DNA of 43,255 nt from an uncultured Ignavibacteriota bacterium (lineage in GTDB: Bacteria > Bacteroidota > Ignavibacteria > Tepidaquicellales > Tepidaquicellaceae). Positions 8,980-16,489 of this stretch are shown here, in pieces. The position numbers and the translations under genes are program-made. The DNA lies in contig CAIUQV010000470.1 of NCBI GenBank assembly GCA_903901375.1, positions 1 through 43,255 on the forward strand, written 5' to 3'. The notes under the pieces were generated by a model. It made no database searches, had not been told where the DNA came from, and saw nothing but the letters and a program-made list of their open reading frames with translations. The number at the start of each line of letters is the position of its first letter. Positions within the stretch are counted from its first letter, which is position 1.

Positions 8980-11271
8980 CTAAAACATCGCATTTATTCC
9001 TATTGTTGGCAGCACCCCGATGCTATTCTGCGTTTCTATCGTCCTCGTAAATTTATTCCATTTGTACGCCGTCACATTCTTCCTGCCCGTAATATCCTGT
9101 ATATCTATATAAGTATTCAAAGTCCACTTCGCAAAATTCCATTTCTTTTCCACCCTGATATCCAGCGAATAATAATCCGGCAGCCTTGCACTGTTATATT
9201 CCGAAACAAGCTGCGTACCGTCAGCAGGATTTATCGGAGTATAAGGTCTTCCGCCCGCATACCTGAACTTCCCCGCAACCGTCCAGTTATTTTTCAACTG
9301 ATACCCGCCAAACGCAGTAAACAATACCTTATTATCAAAATCACTCGAACGCTCTATACCATCAAGAGATTTATACTTCGCATTAAACAGCGATAGATTT
9401 ATGTTAAAATAATAATTGTTCGAAAGTGTTTTCTGTACGTAAAATTCTACACCCCTGGAATTACCCGTCCCTGCTGAAACAAGCGGCTCAAGCCCGAAAT
9501 CATTCTGCGTATCAAAACTACCGCCGCTGTTAGAAAGTATAAAATATGGACGCGTAGTACTCACAGGATATTTGTCATACTTTTTATAATAAACTTCCAC
9601 ACTCGCCTTAAGGTCAGGCATTATTATGTACTCCAAACCCGCAACATAATGGTCTGCACGTATATCCTCCAGATTTCTGTTCACTGCATTCGATACCAGC
9701 CACACATAAGAAGGCGTCTGATAAAATATTCCGTAACTCATATTCAGATAAAAATCGTGTAGAAGTGTAACCTGTGCAGATGCCCGCGGAGACAAATAAC
9801 CTTTCTTATTTATGTAGTCAAAATAATCGTAACGCAGCCCCACATTCACCTTAAACCTGTTCAGAAAAAACTGTGTCCACTGTGCAAATGCCGACGCCTT
9901 GTATGTATACTCATCATCATTCAGGTTCACAGCATCAAGCACATACCTGCCGTTCGTCAAAGGATTAACATAATAAAGCGTATCAATATCTTTCTTAATC
10001 TCATTCTTAAAATTCACAAGCTTTCCCTCTGCACCTGCCGAAAACTGACCCGTCGTAAACGCCTGAAGATAATATTCACCCTTTAAACTCGTCTCACCTT
10101 CTTTCGATTTATTCTTAAAATAAACATTCCCGTTCACGTCCGTACCCGTATAATTATAATTCGTAAAAGTCCTCGTCAGATTAAAAAGCGAATAAGCCTT
10201 CCCCGATAACAGCGATTTCCACTCCGCTCCAAACACATACCCCGACTGGTCACTCCCGATGATCACAGAATTATCCTGTTTCTTCTTCTCATCCGTATTG
10301 TTAAACTTCACATTATCCAGATTACTGATAAAATTAAGCGTAAGATAGTTACTCTTATTCAAATCATAAACTCCCTTTCCCTGAAGAGAATAATACTCAG
10401 GCACAAAACCAAATCCTGCCGCATTGAAAATAAAATCCAGATAACTTCTTCTTGCCGAAACTAGCCACGAACCCCTCTTGCTCGAACCAATCGGACCCTC
10501 AAGCACCGCTCCAAAACCCGTTGCCGAAAGATTCAAATCAGTCATAAACTTTATCCTGCTCCCCTCACGCTGCTTAATCTCAAGAACCGATGAAAGCTTA
10601 TCACCATACTTTGCAGAAAAACCTCCCGTAATAAAATTCACCTCTCGCACAAAACCTAAATCAATAATACTCACCGGACCCCCGGTCGCACCCTGCGAAC
10701 CAAAATGATTTATATTCGGAACATAAGCATTATCCACCAAAAACAAATTCTCCGAAGGCGCACCACCGCGAACAATCAAATCATTCCTTCCGTCATTAAC
10801 ATAAGCAACACCCGGCAAAGTCTGAACCACACGCCCAACATCCTCAAAACCTCCCGGTGCCGTACGAATCTCCTGCGAACTCAGATTCTTAAATGAAGAA
10901 GAAATATCATCAGGCTTCGAAAACCTCTCATCCTCAACAACAATCTCATCCACAGCAACAATATCAAGCTCCGCCCTCACATCAGTAATCACACCCGAAT
11001 TCACAACCACATTATCAATCACATACATCTGATACCCGATTGCAGTAAACCTCAGCGAATATCTCCCCGCAGGAACAGTCTCCAGATAATAAAAACCATT
11101 ATCATCGCTACCCGCCTTCAAACCCGCACCAATCACCTCAATCACCGCACCAATCACCGGCTGCTGATTAATCTTATCAACAACCCTACCCGAAATCCCC
11201 CCTTTTTCCTGCCCAAACAGGTTTGTTGTAAGCCCCAAAATTACAACCAAAACAAACATTAAATATCTCAT
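8980..11271 (-). CDS. TonB-dependent receptor with N-terminal carboxypeptidase-regulatory-like domain
   Basis: 763 aa with a signal peptide, a CarboxypepD_reg-like segment (GGISGRVVDKINQQPVIGAVIEV...), plug motifs (DLIVRGG) and a C-terminal aromatic residue (..GINAMF). Confidence 0.85.
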   Translation of the reverse strand: MRYLMFVLVVILGLTTNLFGQEKGGISGRVVDKINQQPVIGAVIEVIGAGLKAGSDDNGFYYLETVPAGRYSLRFTAIGYQMYVIDNVVVNSGVITDVRAELDIVAVDEIVVEDERFSKPDDISSSFKNLSSQEIRTAPGGFEDVGRVVQTLPGVAYVNDGRNDLIVRGGAPSENLFLVDNAYVPNINHFGSQGATGGPVSIIDLGFVREVNFITGGFSAKYGDKLSSVLEIKQREGSRIKFMTDLNLSATGFGAVLEGPIGSSKRGSWLVSARRSYLDFIFNAAGFGFVPEYYSLQGKGVYDLNKSNYLTLNFISNLDNVKFNNTDEKKKQDNSVIIGSDQSGYVFGAEWKSLLSGKAYSLFNLTRTFTNYNYTGTDVNGNVYFKNKSKEGETSLKGEYYLQAFTTGQFSAGAEGKLVNFKNEIKKDIDTLYYVNPLTNGRYVLDAVNLNDDEYTYKASAFAQWTQFFLNRFKVNVGLRYDYFDYINKKGYLSPRASAQVTLLHDFYLNMSYGIFYQTPSYVWLVSNAVNRNLEDIRADHYVAGLEYIIMPDLKASVEVYYKKYDKYPVSTTRPYFILSNSGGSFDTQNDFGLEPLVSAGTGNSRGVEFYVQKTLSNNYYFNINLSLFNAKYKSLDGIERSSDFDNKVLFTAFGGYQLKNNWTVAGKFRYAGGRPYTPINPADGTQLVSEYNSARLPDYYSLDIRVEKKWNFAKWTLNTYIDIQDITGRKNVTAYKWNKFTRTIETQNSIGVLPTIGINAMF

Positions 11272-11356
11272 TTTCTTCGTATTTTAATTAATTCACTCTC
11301 TAAAATGTAAATTTCACCAGAATAGTTCCAAGCAATAAAACCCCCCCGACTCATTA

Positions 11357-11385
11357 ACAAAAAACCCCAACTCATTGCTGGGGTT
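11357..11385 (-). terminator. Rho-independent terminator downstream of the HTH gene
   Basis: The minus strand reads AACCCCA-GCAATGAGT-TGGGGTT followed by TTTTGTT: a 7-bp stem, 9-nt loop and T-tract. Confidence 0.6.
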
Positions 11386-11420
11386 CCATATTGTTTGTGC
11401 CCTCCGCACCCTTCCCCCCT

Positions 11421-11446
11421 CCTTCCCAAGCTCCAGCTTGGGAAGG
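11421..11446. repeat. GC-rich perfect palindrome (11-bp arms, 4-nt loop)
   Basis: CCTTCCCAAGC-TCCA-GCTTGGGAAGG, read directly. No T-tract follows it on either strand, so it is not an obvious terminator. Confidence 0.85.
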
Positions 11447-11521
11447 CATAAAAAAGTGTCATCCCCACTCGCGAAGCAGATACGCGAAGCGTCTCCAGGC
11501 AGTGTCATCCCGCAATCAGCC

Positions 11522-11878
11522 TCACCCCTTCATCTCCTCTTCCATCTTCTTCACCTTCTCCAGAAACTCTCCCATCTTCTCCGCCGGAATCCCCTTACCC
11601 ACATCCGCCACGCTCATCACCGCCCGCTCCCGCAGCTTCCACAGCGGATGGTTCTCCGTCGCCGTCTCGCCCTTCTCTGGCGTCCAGCAGTACAAATCGC
11701 TCGGCGTACACTTCAGCGCCACGCACAACTGCTCCACCTGCCTCGGCGACAACCCAAGCATCTTCTCCCTCGCAATCCTCGTCGCCGTTCCCTTCGCAAA
11801 CCCGTGCATCTTCAAAAACGCACACGGCTCGCTAATCCCCCTCAGCCTCATCAGATTTTTAACGTTATATTTCAGCAT
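11522..11878 (-). CDS. Small helix-turn-helix DNA-binding protein (Cro/C1 / XRE-like)
   Basis: 118 aa. The segment GLSPRQVEQLCVALKCTPSDLYCW looks like the recognition helix and following helix of HTH_3-type proteins. The overall pattern (N-terminal ..LMRLRGISEP..FL.., C-terminal ..HPL..LRE..) resembles a family of ~100-120 aa HTH proteins common in Bacteroidota. ATG start preceded by AAAGGAG-N6. About 63-70% G+C. Confidence 0.7.
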   Translation of the reverse strand: MLKYNVKNLMRLRGISEPCAFLKMHGFAKGTATRIAREKMLGLSPRQVEQLCVALKCTPSDLYCWTPEKGETATENHPLWKLRERAVMSVADVGKGIPAEKMGEFLEKVKKMEEEMKG

Positions 11879-11947
11879 ATTTTGCTCCTTTTTCCAAAAT
11901 TAAACATTCCTTTTCAAAATTCCAACACCACATTTTAACTCTCAATG

Positions 11948-12157
11948 TCATCACGTTCAATCTCGGGGTCATCACGTTGAATCTCAAGGTCATCACGTTC
12001 AATCTCGGGGTCATCACGTTGAATCTCAGGGTCATCACGTTTAATCTCGGGGTCATCACGTTCAATCTCGGGGTCATCACGTTCAATCTCGGGGTCATCA
12101 CGTTGAATCTCGGGGTCATCACGTTTAATCTCGGGGTCATCACGTTGAATCTCCCAC
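11948..12157. repeat. 10 x 21-bp head-to-tail tandem repeat, consensus TCATCACGTTCAATCTCGGGG
   Basis: Units start at 11948, 11969, 11990, 12011, 12032, 12053, 12074, 12095, 12116 and 12137. Variation is confined to unit position 12 (C/G/T) and positions 18-19 (GG/AA/AG). The last unit is degenerate at its 3' end. Confidence 0.95.
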
Positions 12158-12275
12158 TCAACAAATCAACATCTCGAATACTAAATATCTGAACTTTGAA
12201 ATTATAATAGGTAAGTATAACAGTAAAAACCGTTACAACTGAATTGCATCTCTAAGATTTGAATAGCAAAGAAGT

Positions 12276-14099
12276 TTATTTCCCTGCTTCTTCGTATAGT
12301 CTGTTATCAAAAATCAAATCCGTGCAGAGTTCGCGCCCCTTCTCGTCTATCTTGTAAAGCGGCATTATTTTCCCCGCATGAACAATCACCATATCAAGCC
12401 CCGCCTCTATTGCATAATGCAAAAATACCGAATTCAGCACGTGCCGTATATGCGGACTCAAACCAAACGAACAGTTGCTAAGCCCCAGAATAGTCTTGCA
12501 TTTCGGCATTATCTTTTTAATCTCGCGAATCGCGTTTATCGTATTCATTCCGCTCTTCCGCAGGTCTTCCTGCCCCGAACCAAGCGGGAACGTCAGTGTA
12601 TCAAATATCAAATCCTCTTCTCTGAAATTATGCACCTTCACTGCATGGTCGCGTATACGTTTTGCAATCGCTACTTTCTTATCAAACTCGTATGCCTGTC
12701 CTTCCTCATCTATCGAAAGCGCAACTACTGCCGCTCCAAACCTCTTCGCAAGTGTCAGTATCTTGTCTGCCTTCACGGTACCCTCTTCAAAATTTATCGA
12801 ATTTATAATTGCCCTGCCTGCATAAAGTTTCAGCGCCGTTTCTATCACGTTCACCTCTGTCGAATCTATCATCAGCGGAAGCGTCACCGCCGTATTAAAT
12901 CTCTTTATCACCTCCGTCATATCGCGTACTTCATCGCGCCCGACATACGCAACACAAATGTCAAGTATATGAGCCCCTTCTTTCACCTGCTCCTTCGCCA
13001 TATTCACCATCGCATCGTAATCCTCTTTCTCAAGAAGATTCTTAAACTGTCTCGAACCGTTCGCATTGCAGCGCTCGCCCACCAGCACAGGCGCAGGGTC
13101 TATCGTCATCGTCGCCGTACCGTAAAGCGAAGCAACTGACGATGCATAATTCCATTTTCTTTCTGCCGGCGAAATACGTTCCGAAACCTCACTTAACTTC
13201 TTGATATGCTCTGCATTCGTTCCGCAGCAGCCCCCAACAACCTTCACACCAAAATCTTTTACAAAAAGTGTTGCCCACTTTTCCATCTCATCCGGCGAAA
13301 GATGGTAATGCGCCTTACCGCTTATGTTCTCAGGTATTCCCGCATTCGGCATACAGAAAACATTCTTCGGTGAATTGTGGCAAAGATAACGGATGTTCTC
13401 TTCCATTTCCTTCGGACCGGTCGCACAGTTCATCCCTATAATGTCAACAATATCATAAGGCTCAATAACAGTTAGTGCCGCCGAAATATCCGTTCCCATA
13501 AGCATCGTGCCCATCGTTTCAACAGTAACGGAAACAATCACAGGAAGCTTGCGTTTCTTATCGCGGAAAATTCTGTCCGCCGCCGAAAGTGCACATTTTA
13601 TCTGAAGCAAATCCTGACACGTCTCTATGCAGAACAAATCCACTCCCCCGTCAAACAACCCGCTCATCTGCCTATAATATGACTCTTCCATATCGTCAAA
13701 AGTAATGTGACCAAGCGAAGGAAGTTTCGTCGTCGGTCCAATCGAACCGGCAACAAATCGCGGCTTCATATCTGTCGAAAACTCTTTCGCAACTGCCTTT
13801 GCGAGTTCCGCAGCTCTCTTCGAAAGCTCGTAGTCGAGGTTTGCAATATTATATTCAGTTAAAACAATCGATGCCGAACCAAACGAATTTGTTTCAATCA
13901 CGTCTGCACCTGCTTCCAGGAAATACGAATGAAGTTTAGTAACAACCTCCGGCTTTGACTTCACAAGATATTCATTACACCCCTCAAGCTCTTTGCCTCC
14001 GAAATCATCCGCTGTCAAACCGTATGTCTGAAGCGTTGAGCCCGTGGCACCATCGAATACTAATACTTTTTCCTTTAGTTGTTCTAAAAATGTCTTCAT
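12276..14099 (-). CDS. metH: Methionine-synthase-like protein with homocysteine S-methyltransferase and pterin-binding modules only (no cobalamin or AdoMet-activation modules)
   Basis: 607 aa. Zn-ligand motifs GMNCATGP and GGCCGT mark the Hcy module. ERCNANGSRQF...DICV marks the pterin-binding (DHPS-like) barrel. The ORF stops near the position of the E. coli MetH Fol/Cob interdomain linker (~residue 640-650). Confidence 0.85.
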   Translation of the reverse strand: MKTFLEQLKEKVLVFDGATGSTLQTYGLTADDFGGKELEGCNEYLVKSKPEVVTKLHSYFLEAGADVIETNSFGSASIVLTEYNIANLDYELSKRAAELAKAVAKEFSTDMKPRFVAGSIGPTTKLPSLGHITFDDMEESYYRQMSGLFDGGVDLFCIETCQDLLQIKCALSAADRIFRDKKRKLPVIVSVTVETMGTMLMGTDISAALTVIEPYDIVDIIGMNCATGPKEMEENIRYLCHNSPKNVFCMPNAGIPENISGKAHYHLSPDEMEKWATLFVKDFGVKVVGGCCGTNAEHIKKLSEVSERISPAERKWNYASSVASLYGTATMTIDPAPVLVGERCNANGSRQFKNLLEKEDYDAMVNMAKEQVKEGAHILDICVAYVGRDEVRDMTEVIKRFNTAVTLPLMIDSTEVNVIETALKLYAGRAIINSINFEEGTVKADKILTLAKRFGAAVVALSIDEEGQAYEFDKKVAIAKRIRDHAVKVHNFREEDLIFDTLTFPLGSGQEDLRKSGMNTINAIREIKKIMPKCKTILGLSNCSFGLSPHIRHVLNSVFLHYAIEAGLDMVIVHAGKIMPLYKIDEKGRELCTDLIFDNRLYEEAGK

Positions 14100-14290
14100 T
14101 AAGTAATTTTATTGAATTTATTTAAACCAATTTAATAATATAAGAACTAGAATAATATATAAAAAGTTTTGCAATAATATATAAGAAGTGCTTCCTGCAC
14201 ACGATAAAGATTCTTATCTTAGTGACCTTCGTGTCTTATTGGTGAAGTCTTTGTTCTTTGAAAAGATAAAGCTTTTGGTTTTTCTAAAAT

Positions 14291-14322
14291 GAAAAAGCCC
14301 GCATTGTTAATGCGGGCTTTTC
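14291..14322 (-). terminator. Bidirectional-looking rho-independent terminator after the first S46 peptidase gene
   Basis: AAAAA-GCCCGCATT-GTT-AATGCGGGC-TTTT. On the minus strand the hairpin is followed by TTTTTCATTTT. Confidence 0.7.
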
Positions 14323-14386
14323 GTAATATTTATATTTCTTACTTTGTTACCTTGTTACTTTGTTACCTTGTTACTTTGTCTCTCTC

Positions 14387-16465
14387 TTATTCCGTGTAAA
14401 GCTTTCCCGAACGTAACTCTTCAGCAAGTCTCTTCACTTTATAAAGATTCTTTATCACCTGAACCATTCCTTCAGAATCTAATGATACTGTGTGCGGAAC
14501 TTCAGTTGTATAAATATAATTATCCGATAAACTTTCGATGTTACCATCAAAGGCAAGCCCTACAATCTCACCGTCCTTATTAATAACTGGACTTCCCGAA
14601 TTTCCACCGATAATATCATTTGTTGAAATGAAATTGAAAGCAGTTGATTTATCAAATTCCGCTGGAGGATTTATAAATCTTTCCGGTAAATTCCATGGGT
14701 ACTTCTTATCAAATGAATAATATCTGTCGTAGTATCCATAGAACGTAGTCTTTGGGGGTGCTATTGTTCCGTTATAGTTATAACTCTTAATCACGCCATC
14801 TGATATTCTTAATGTAAATGTTGCATCAGGCGGAATAGTTGTGTTATAAACTTCAAACGTTGCTCTTCCAATTAACTCTTTGTTTACTACTGTAATATTC
14901 CTTAATTCTTCTGACTTCTTTTTCACTTCGTTCATCCTTGCGTACGTTGCAACAGCAAATTTTACGAACGGATCATTCGATTTAAGTATTGCATCGTTGC
15001 CCTGCGAAAGCAGTCCCAGTGCTCCTTCTTTTGTTGAAAGTACTGATGAACCTGCGAGTGACTCAGGTGTACCGGCAAGAAGTTTTATGTTTGCATTATC
15101 TTTACCAAGCTTCTTTGTTATTGCATCAAGTCTGAACTTTAACAATGCCATATCTATATCGGCATCATAGTTCTTATAAATTGCCTCTATTTTTGAAGCA
15201 TCAAGTGTTTCCTTGTTCATTGCCGCAGTCACAAGTTTATCCGCTGCGATGAACTGAACAGACGATGTTCTTGCATTCACTGAATACGAATACAACTCTG
15301 GATATATCTTACTCATTTCTTTATTAGCATCCGCAATTTCATCCCATGCTTTTCCGTACTTCGATTTCAATGTCGGATTCGCATCTATTGCTGCTCTTAA
15401 AGTTTTTTCAAAATGCTTTTTCTTCGCCATTATCACAGGATCATTCAAAGCCTTAATCATTCCGATGTAAACTTTCTGTGAGTTTGCCATCGAGAATAAT
15501 GTATTGTTAAGCTCTTTTCCTTTTTCTGGATTCTTTGCAATGATGTCTGTGTATGTATTTACAAGCATATCAAGCATATTTCTTACATCAGATAATGCAT
15601 AGTCTCTTGCAAATTCAAGCTGTGCATAAGTATTAAGCCTTTCAGTCCTGCCGGGATTTCCAATTACGAAAATAGGCTCACCAACTTTTGCACCGTTTGT
15701 GCTCCACTTGTAATAGTGCTCTGTCTTTAATGGTTTTCCTGTTTCATCATAAACTCTGAAAAATGTACAGTCAAGATTGTACCTTGGATAAGTAAAGTTA
15801 TCTGGATCACCGCCAAAGAATCCCGCCTGATCTTCAGGTGCAAAAACAAGTCGTACATCTGTATATCTTTTATAAACATATGCTGAATATAAAGCACCGT
15901 TGTATAAAGTTACTACCTGACATCTAAATCCTGTTTCTGCTGCAATTCTCTTTTCAATTTCTGAAATCTTTGCAGTTTTGTTCGCAACCTTTTCTTCGTT
16001 CGTCTTTCCGGATTCCATTGCTGCGTGAACTTCTGCCGTAACGTCAGTCATTTTTACTAACTGATCCACATAAAGATTCGGAACTGGTCTTTCATCTTCA
16101 AGTTTCATGGCAAGGAAACCGTTATCGTGAAGGTTTTCACCGTCTTTTTCCACTGCTGAAACGGATTCACGTCCGCAATGGTGATTCGTCATCACAAGTC
16201 CATCTGCTGAAACAAATGATGATGAACAGTAAGAAGCAAACCTGATTGCCGACATACGTACGTGGTCGAGCCATTCCTGTGTTGGTTTAAAACCATAAGT
16301 CTCATTCAAATAATCAACGGGTGGATAGTCAAACGTCCACATCTTACCCATATCATACTTTGATGACTTAACTGTATCAAGATTAACACCAATGTTCTGG
16401 GAAAAAGCTGCGCTTGTCCAGACAACTAATGCTAAGATGAAAATACTGAATATTTTCTTATACAT
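14387..16465 (-). CDS. Peptidase S46 family dipeptidyl-peptidase (DPP7-like)
   Basis: 692 aa with a signal peptide, catalytic His motif (MTNHHCG), GGDPDNFTYPR, catalytic Ser motif (GGNSGSP) and FDGNIES (Gly at the DPP7/DPP11 specificity position). Confidence 0.88.
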   Translation of the reverse strand: MYKKIFSIFILALVVWTSAAFSQNIGVNLDTVKSSKYDMGKMWTFDYPPVDYLNETYGFKPTQEWLDHVRMSAIRFASYCSSSFVSADGLVMTNHHCGRESVSAVEKDGENLHDNGFLAMKLEDERPVPNLYVDQLVKMTDVTAEVHAAMESGKTNEEKVANKTAKISEIEKRIAAETGFRCQVVTLYNGALYSAYVYKRYTDVRLVFAPEDQAGFFGGDPDNFTYPRYNLDCTFFRVYDETGKPLKTEHYYKWSTNGAKVGEPIFVIGNPGRTERLNTYAQLEFARDYALSDVRNMLDMLVNTYTDIIAKNPEKGKELNNTLFSMANSQKVYIGMIKALNDPVIMAKKKHFEKTLRAAIDANPTLKSKYGKAWDEIADANKEMSKIYPELYSYSVNARTSSVQFIAADKLVTAAMNKETLDASKIEAIYKNYDADIDMALLKFRLDAITKKLGKDNANIKLLAGTPESLAGSSVLSTKEGALGLLSQGNDAILKSNDPFVKFAVATYARMNEVKKKSEELRNITVVNKELIGRATFEVYNTTIPPDATFTLRISDGVIKSYNYNGTIAPPKTTFYGYYDRYYSFDKKYPWNLPERFINPPAEFDKSTAFNFISTNDIIGGNSGSPVINKDGEIVGLAFDGNIESLSDNYIYTTEVPHTVSLDSEGMVQVIKNLYKVKRLAEELRSGKLYTE

Positions 16466-16489
16466 ATCTTTTAGAGTGTTTTATAAAAA

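Noticed and set aside
11268-11508. 66-aa and 64-aa minus-strand ORFs (11268..11468, 11314..11508).
   Set aside because: They read through the terminator hairpin and the GC-rich palindrome, and one runs into the TonB-receptor start. Their sequences (..SWSLGRRGEG.., ..PKLELGKEGG..) are simply translations of the palindromic repeat.
11375-11938. 187-aa and 170-aa plus-strand ORFs and a 76-aa minus-strand ORF (11595..11825) overlapping the HTH gene.
   Set aside because: Long open frames are expected by chance in 63-70% G+C DNA. The products are Arg/Pro/Leu/His low-complexity strings (..HLLHLLQKLSHLLRRNPL..). Only the 118-aa frame has an SD-ATG start and a recognisable HTH pattern.
11948-12157. 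Possible CRISPR array.
   Set aside because: The repeats are directly abutting with no unique spacers, the 21-bp unit is shorter than typical CRISPR repeats, and no cas genes are present in the window.
11865-12192. Heptad-repeat peptides encoded by the 21-bp array: NVMTPRL repeats on the minus strand and GVITFNL repeats on the plus strand. I considered a multi-core peptide precursor next to a regulator.
   Set aside because: The minus-strand frame begins only at a TTG with no ribosome-binding site, and the nearest upstream ATG hits a stop after four codons. Both strands stay open simply because the unit lacks stop codons. Unit-to-unit variation is not biased toward synonymous changes in either frame. 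Treated as non-coding DNA, though not strictly excluded.
14100-14290. Possible SAM or cobalamin riboswitch in the ~190-nt leader upstream of the metH-like gene.
   Set aside because: I found no SAM-I core (GAGGGA...GCAACC), no B12 box (GCCACTG-like) and no convincing multi-stem structure, only weak 5-6 bp hairpins. A covariance-model scan (Rfam) would be needed to settle this.
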